Positions 60,161 to 64,000 of a stretch of 64,000 nucleotides of DNA are shown piece by piece. The notes under the pieces were generated by a model. It made no database searches. It was not told where the DNA came from and was given only the letters and a program-made list of their open reading frames with translations. The translations under genes and the position numbers were made by a program. This DNA comes from Mytilus californianus (Eukaryota). The stretch lies in contig NW_026262604.1 in the NCBI RefSeq assembly GCF_021869535.1, forward strand, positions 18,786,001 through 18,850,000, given 5' to 3'. Positions within the stretch are counted from its first letter, which is position 1, and each line of letters starts with the position of its first letter.

Positions 60161-63100
60161 CACACGAATCCTACAGGTGCACAATAAGGTGTCCTCGAAT
60201 ATAAAGCTTGGTAAAGTGGAGATGTTGTACTAGTATTCGTTTATGACCCAAATACTGGGGTATAGAACCATGCTAAACTGTGGACTTTTCCAAATCGGCA
60301 GTTAAGAATACTATGCTAAAAAGGATTTCCTTTTGGCTGTGCGGGATGTATATACATGTACATGTATACAAAGCCAAGTCTATTCTGAACGGAGACTTGA
60401 AATCCGGTGCCTTGAATACGACACGCTCTCTGTACGCTTAGAACCCTTGCAACTTATCTCTGAGGGATCCAAATGTGGCATGTTGCAAGGCAAAACTATT
60501 TAGTCTCTACCAGCATATTCGCATTTTCGGGTAGCAACACCTTCCCTTTTATTTTTTTGTTAATTTGTCACAGTCCGGAATATGAATGTAAAATTTGTCA
60601 CTGGACGTTAAGGAAAATACAAAGTCCAATCAAACAATATCGATCATGTCAAGAAAATGCGGTGAACATGAAATAACAACTATCGGAACATGATGAGGCT
60701 CTGCTAGTTTTTGACAATCCAATCCCTCCCATTTTTACATTCTAATTGTTCAATTTTTCACTTCCTTAGTATAAACGCCATATGACGTTAAACAAACAAC
60801 AATCAATCAATCAAAATTCACATCATCATATCTTTATAGTCATCACACTATATATAGCATGAAATAAAACATTAAATATAATTTTAAATGCACCTGTCAT
60901 CAGTTCTATTGAATGTTCAAAAAGGAATAAACCTTATTCAACTGAATGTATGATAATGGGTTGATATAATTTGTCATTTTATCAGTTAAATCTATTTATC
61001 CTGGAACCAGGCGACTATCTTGCATAAACATATACAAATATTCCACTCTTTTTTGTACTGGTACAAATAATTTTTTTAATTTGACATTGATAAAATAAAG
61101 TCTCATGTAATGATTCTTCCATGATGAACAAACGCAAGCGTCAAGATAAGAACAATTTAGAATAAAATATTAGTTACATAGTGTGCTAGTGACCTAATTC
61201 GAAAACGAATTTATCTTACCGAATATCTTAACATGTGGTATTTAGACTAGTGACCTATCAAAGTGATCAAGTCTTCAATTATGTTTAACTTAGTATTAAG
61301 AACCTAATTCCATTGGTCTATACAAAAGCAAATGCCAACAATAACAACTTGTTAGCTTTAAATGTGTTTTATGAATTTATTTCAATCGTTCATCAACAAT
61401 TTCTTCGTCTGTTGAAACTTTTCAGATTTTCCCTCAACACCGTGCTGTTTTTTCATAAAGGGACGTATCACCACTACTAACCATGTATTGAAATAAGCCC
61501 CGCCAACTAACCCCATATAAAATATACACGGTCTCCACGCGGTTGCTTTTAACCAATCATATTTCTAGAAATGTAAAGGAGTTAAGATAATGTATATTGT
61601 CGGAAAATATGAAATGTGTTTGTACTCTCTACGAAAAAGGATACAAACTCGGCGAATCCCGCTTTTCCTCCTGTTAATTCTAAAGCTCGTACGTAAAAAT
61701 TAAAAAAATTAAAAAAAAAAATTCAGACAATGTACATTTTATATTTATTGTATATTCACATGATTTTTTATTTTCATTTCAGAGGGGGAAAAAATCGTAG
61801 TAAGATTTTCTAATACTTAGTAATGCTGCTTGTTTCTCGATGTAAAGTGAAATGGATTCTGCCCTCAATTTTTTGGCCACCTCGATATATGATATGTCTT
61901 CTATTGACATTTTAAGATATTTCCATTTTCTTTTAATTAATTGAGGTTATTTCAATTTTGTTGTGGTTCCATGTAGTTGTGTTATTGACTGCTCCGTAGC
62001 TATAGTCTACTGACATGCAGAACAGCTGATCTTTATATTTAAAAAAATGTCCATATACATATCATGTACGTTGTAATGTGTTACTGTGATCAGATGGAAA
62101 ACAAGTATCACGAGCCACGAAGATTAAAAGGTTCATATGAAACATTGAAGTCAAAACTACTTTTTTTTTTTTTTAACTTGTCCGCACCATGCACTTCCAG
62201 TAAATTCGATATCCTAAATACTTTCCTGTTTTGATGTCCAAAGTAAAATAAGATGCCAGATAAATTCAGCCCACACCTTAAATAAAACAGAAAACAATAA
62301 GTTCAGAAAAAATTCTGAAAAAAAAATTAAACTATTTAATTTCACTCCATACATGCACCGGAAACTGGAGTAGTAATATGAGCTTTCCGAATTCAAACTA
62401 ATAACAACATATAAAAAAATGTTGCGTATGTATTAGTGTGTACAGTAGTTTTCTGTTATCTTATAAAACTTTAAGTTTCTTTAAGTTTCTTTATTTTCTA
62501 ATTGTTTAAAAAAAAGGCCACCAATCAACAATTTGAAGCGCCGTTATTCGCGTGTAATAAGTAGTGTGACTTGCCAACTCTGTAGTATTTTTATAAGGGG
62601 AAGTAATCGTAATATAAACAAATCAACGCAAAGGTAAGAATTTACGAGAGTACATGTATTTTTAAGTGTATACAAACAGCAATTTACAAATACAAATTTG
62701 TCAGGAATTCCTGTAGTTGTAGTTTTCATTCTCATAATATACATAAAGAAAATAAGTTTTGACTCTTACCGAGCTATCCAGATAGTTGTATAGTCTGTAT
62801 ATATCATAAAATATTTTCTTTTATCGTCAGATCTATTTTTAGATAACGTTTTTACAAACGAGTAAAACAAATATATGAATGAAATAAGTGAGGCAAACGA
62901 ATAATTTTATCACAATTAATTTTGGGGATTTAACTTCATAAATACAAGTAGAGATCAGTAGAGTGAAATAGTGACCTTCAATGCCAACGACATCCGTGTA
63001 CAGTTAAAGCCGCGTGAAGTGTTTCAAATCATTTGCGTGAGATCGTATACATTCAAGTCTATAGAGTATTTTCATATTACCGTCTTTCGATTCCAGAGTA

Positions 63101-64000
63101 TATAATTTTTCGACAGATGCCTATTCTGCGGTAAAACATTCTGGTACTCGGTCAAGTAAGAGCAGCTGGATGAAGTAAAATCGAACCTAAAATCAGTGCA
63201 ATTTCGGGGAAAAAAAACGGTTTTGCGATGATTTTGTCGTTTAAAAAAACATAAACATGGTTTATAAGGTTTAAACTTGAAGCATATATGAATAAAATCA
63301 CCTTCAAACATTACGCTCACTACCGTCTTTTCAGGCTTTTTAGTGCAACAAGAGGCATTCGTACTTTTAGAGTTTTCATAACTTCATGTTTTAAGACAGT
63401 AACTAACAGTAACTAGATAAAATGGGAGTTCCAGTATATCGTCGCTGGGCTTCCAAAATGTCGCATATGACTTTTTTTGGCTAAAACTACTTTTTGACAC
63501 AAATCGTCTTGGCGGAAGGAAATCTCTGAATGGCTGATATTCCAAAATAGCTTACAGTTAGACCAATCAAAACATTTGAAATTAGACATGTTACAAAATT
63601 GCCAATCTCAATTGTTTGTAAAGTTTGCTTCCAAAATGTTGTTTTAAACTTGAAAATTGTTGTATAATTGCTTTGGGAATCAAATACTTGTACATTTCCT
63701 TATTTCTGTGAAAATAAATTTAGTTTTTGTATAATCCAGAAATGTCAAAGTTTTTATTTCACTGCTTTTACAAAAATATTCAAGTTCACATACGACATTT
63801 TGGAAGCCTGCATTTCGACCAAATTTTAAAAGCCTGTTTGTGAGATATTTTTTTTGAAAAATTAGTAATTTACTACATTTTGGAAGCCAAACGACGATAT
63901 GGGACAAAATAGGATCAACTGGAATCCGGTTGTATTTACGCTTCGCTTAATGTGTAGTAGTCAGCCGGGTACCAGATTAAAATTATGATGTCCAACCTTA

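Noticed and set aside
62178-62794. Two possible minus-strand micro-exons (62178-62213 and 62770-62794; GYRIYWKC-like)
   Set aside because: Splice signals are weak or common, and no larger gene context is visible in the window.

Overview
AT-rich, intron-rich eukaryotic DNA. The repeat families look like those of a bivalve mollusc, probably a Mytilus mussel (inference). I rebuilt three + strand multi-exon genes by hand from splice sites and reading-frame phases. Two are tandem, 4-exon rolling-stone-like membrane-protein paralogs (2498-9451 and 16610-21691). The third is a ~16-exon ADAM10/Kuzbanian-like gene (25291-54970) and is the most unusual object in the window. It keeps all three zinc histidines but has Gln in place of the catalytic Glu ([11 protein letters not shown]), and it has lost the prodomain cysteine-switch Cys. 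It also lacks a recognisable N-terminal disintegrin exon, contains a minor-spliceosome intron with apparent AT-AA ends, and stops inside its transmembrane helix with no cytoplasmic tail. It is therefore either a candidate pseudoprotease/decoy or a young pseudogene. The rest is dense in mobile DNA: a decayed Crypton tyrosine-recombinase element with a long terminal hairpin, Penelope-like RT remnants with minimal hammerhead ribozymes, Kolobok-like TTAA MITEs, a foldback element, a Harbinger remnant, tRNA-derived SINEs and a young non-autonomous LTR element just behind the ADAM-like stop codon. All family assignments come from recognised motifs, not database searches.
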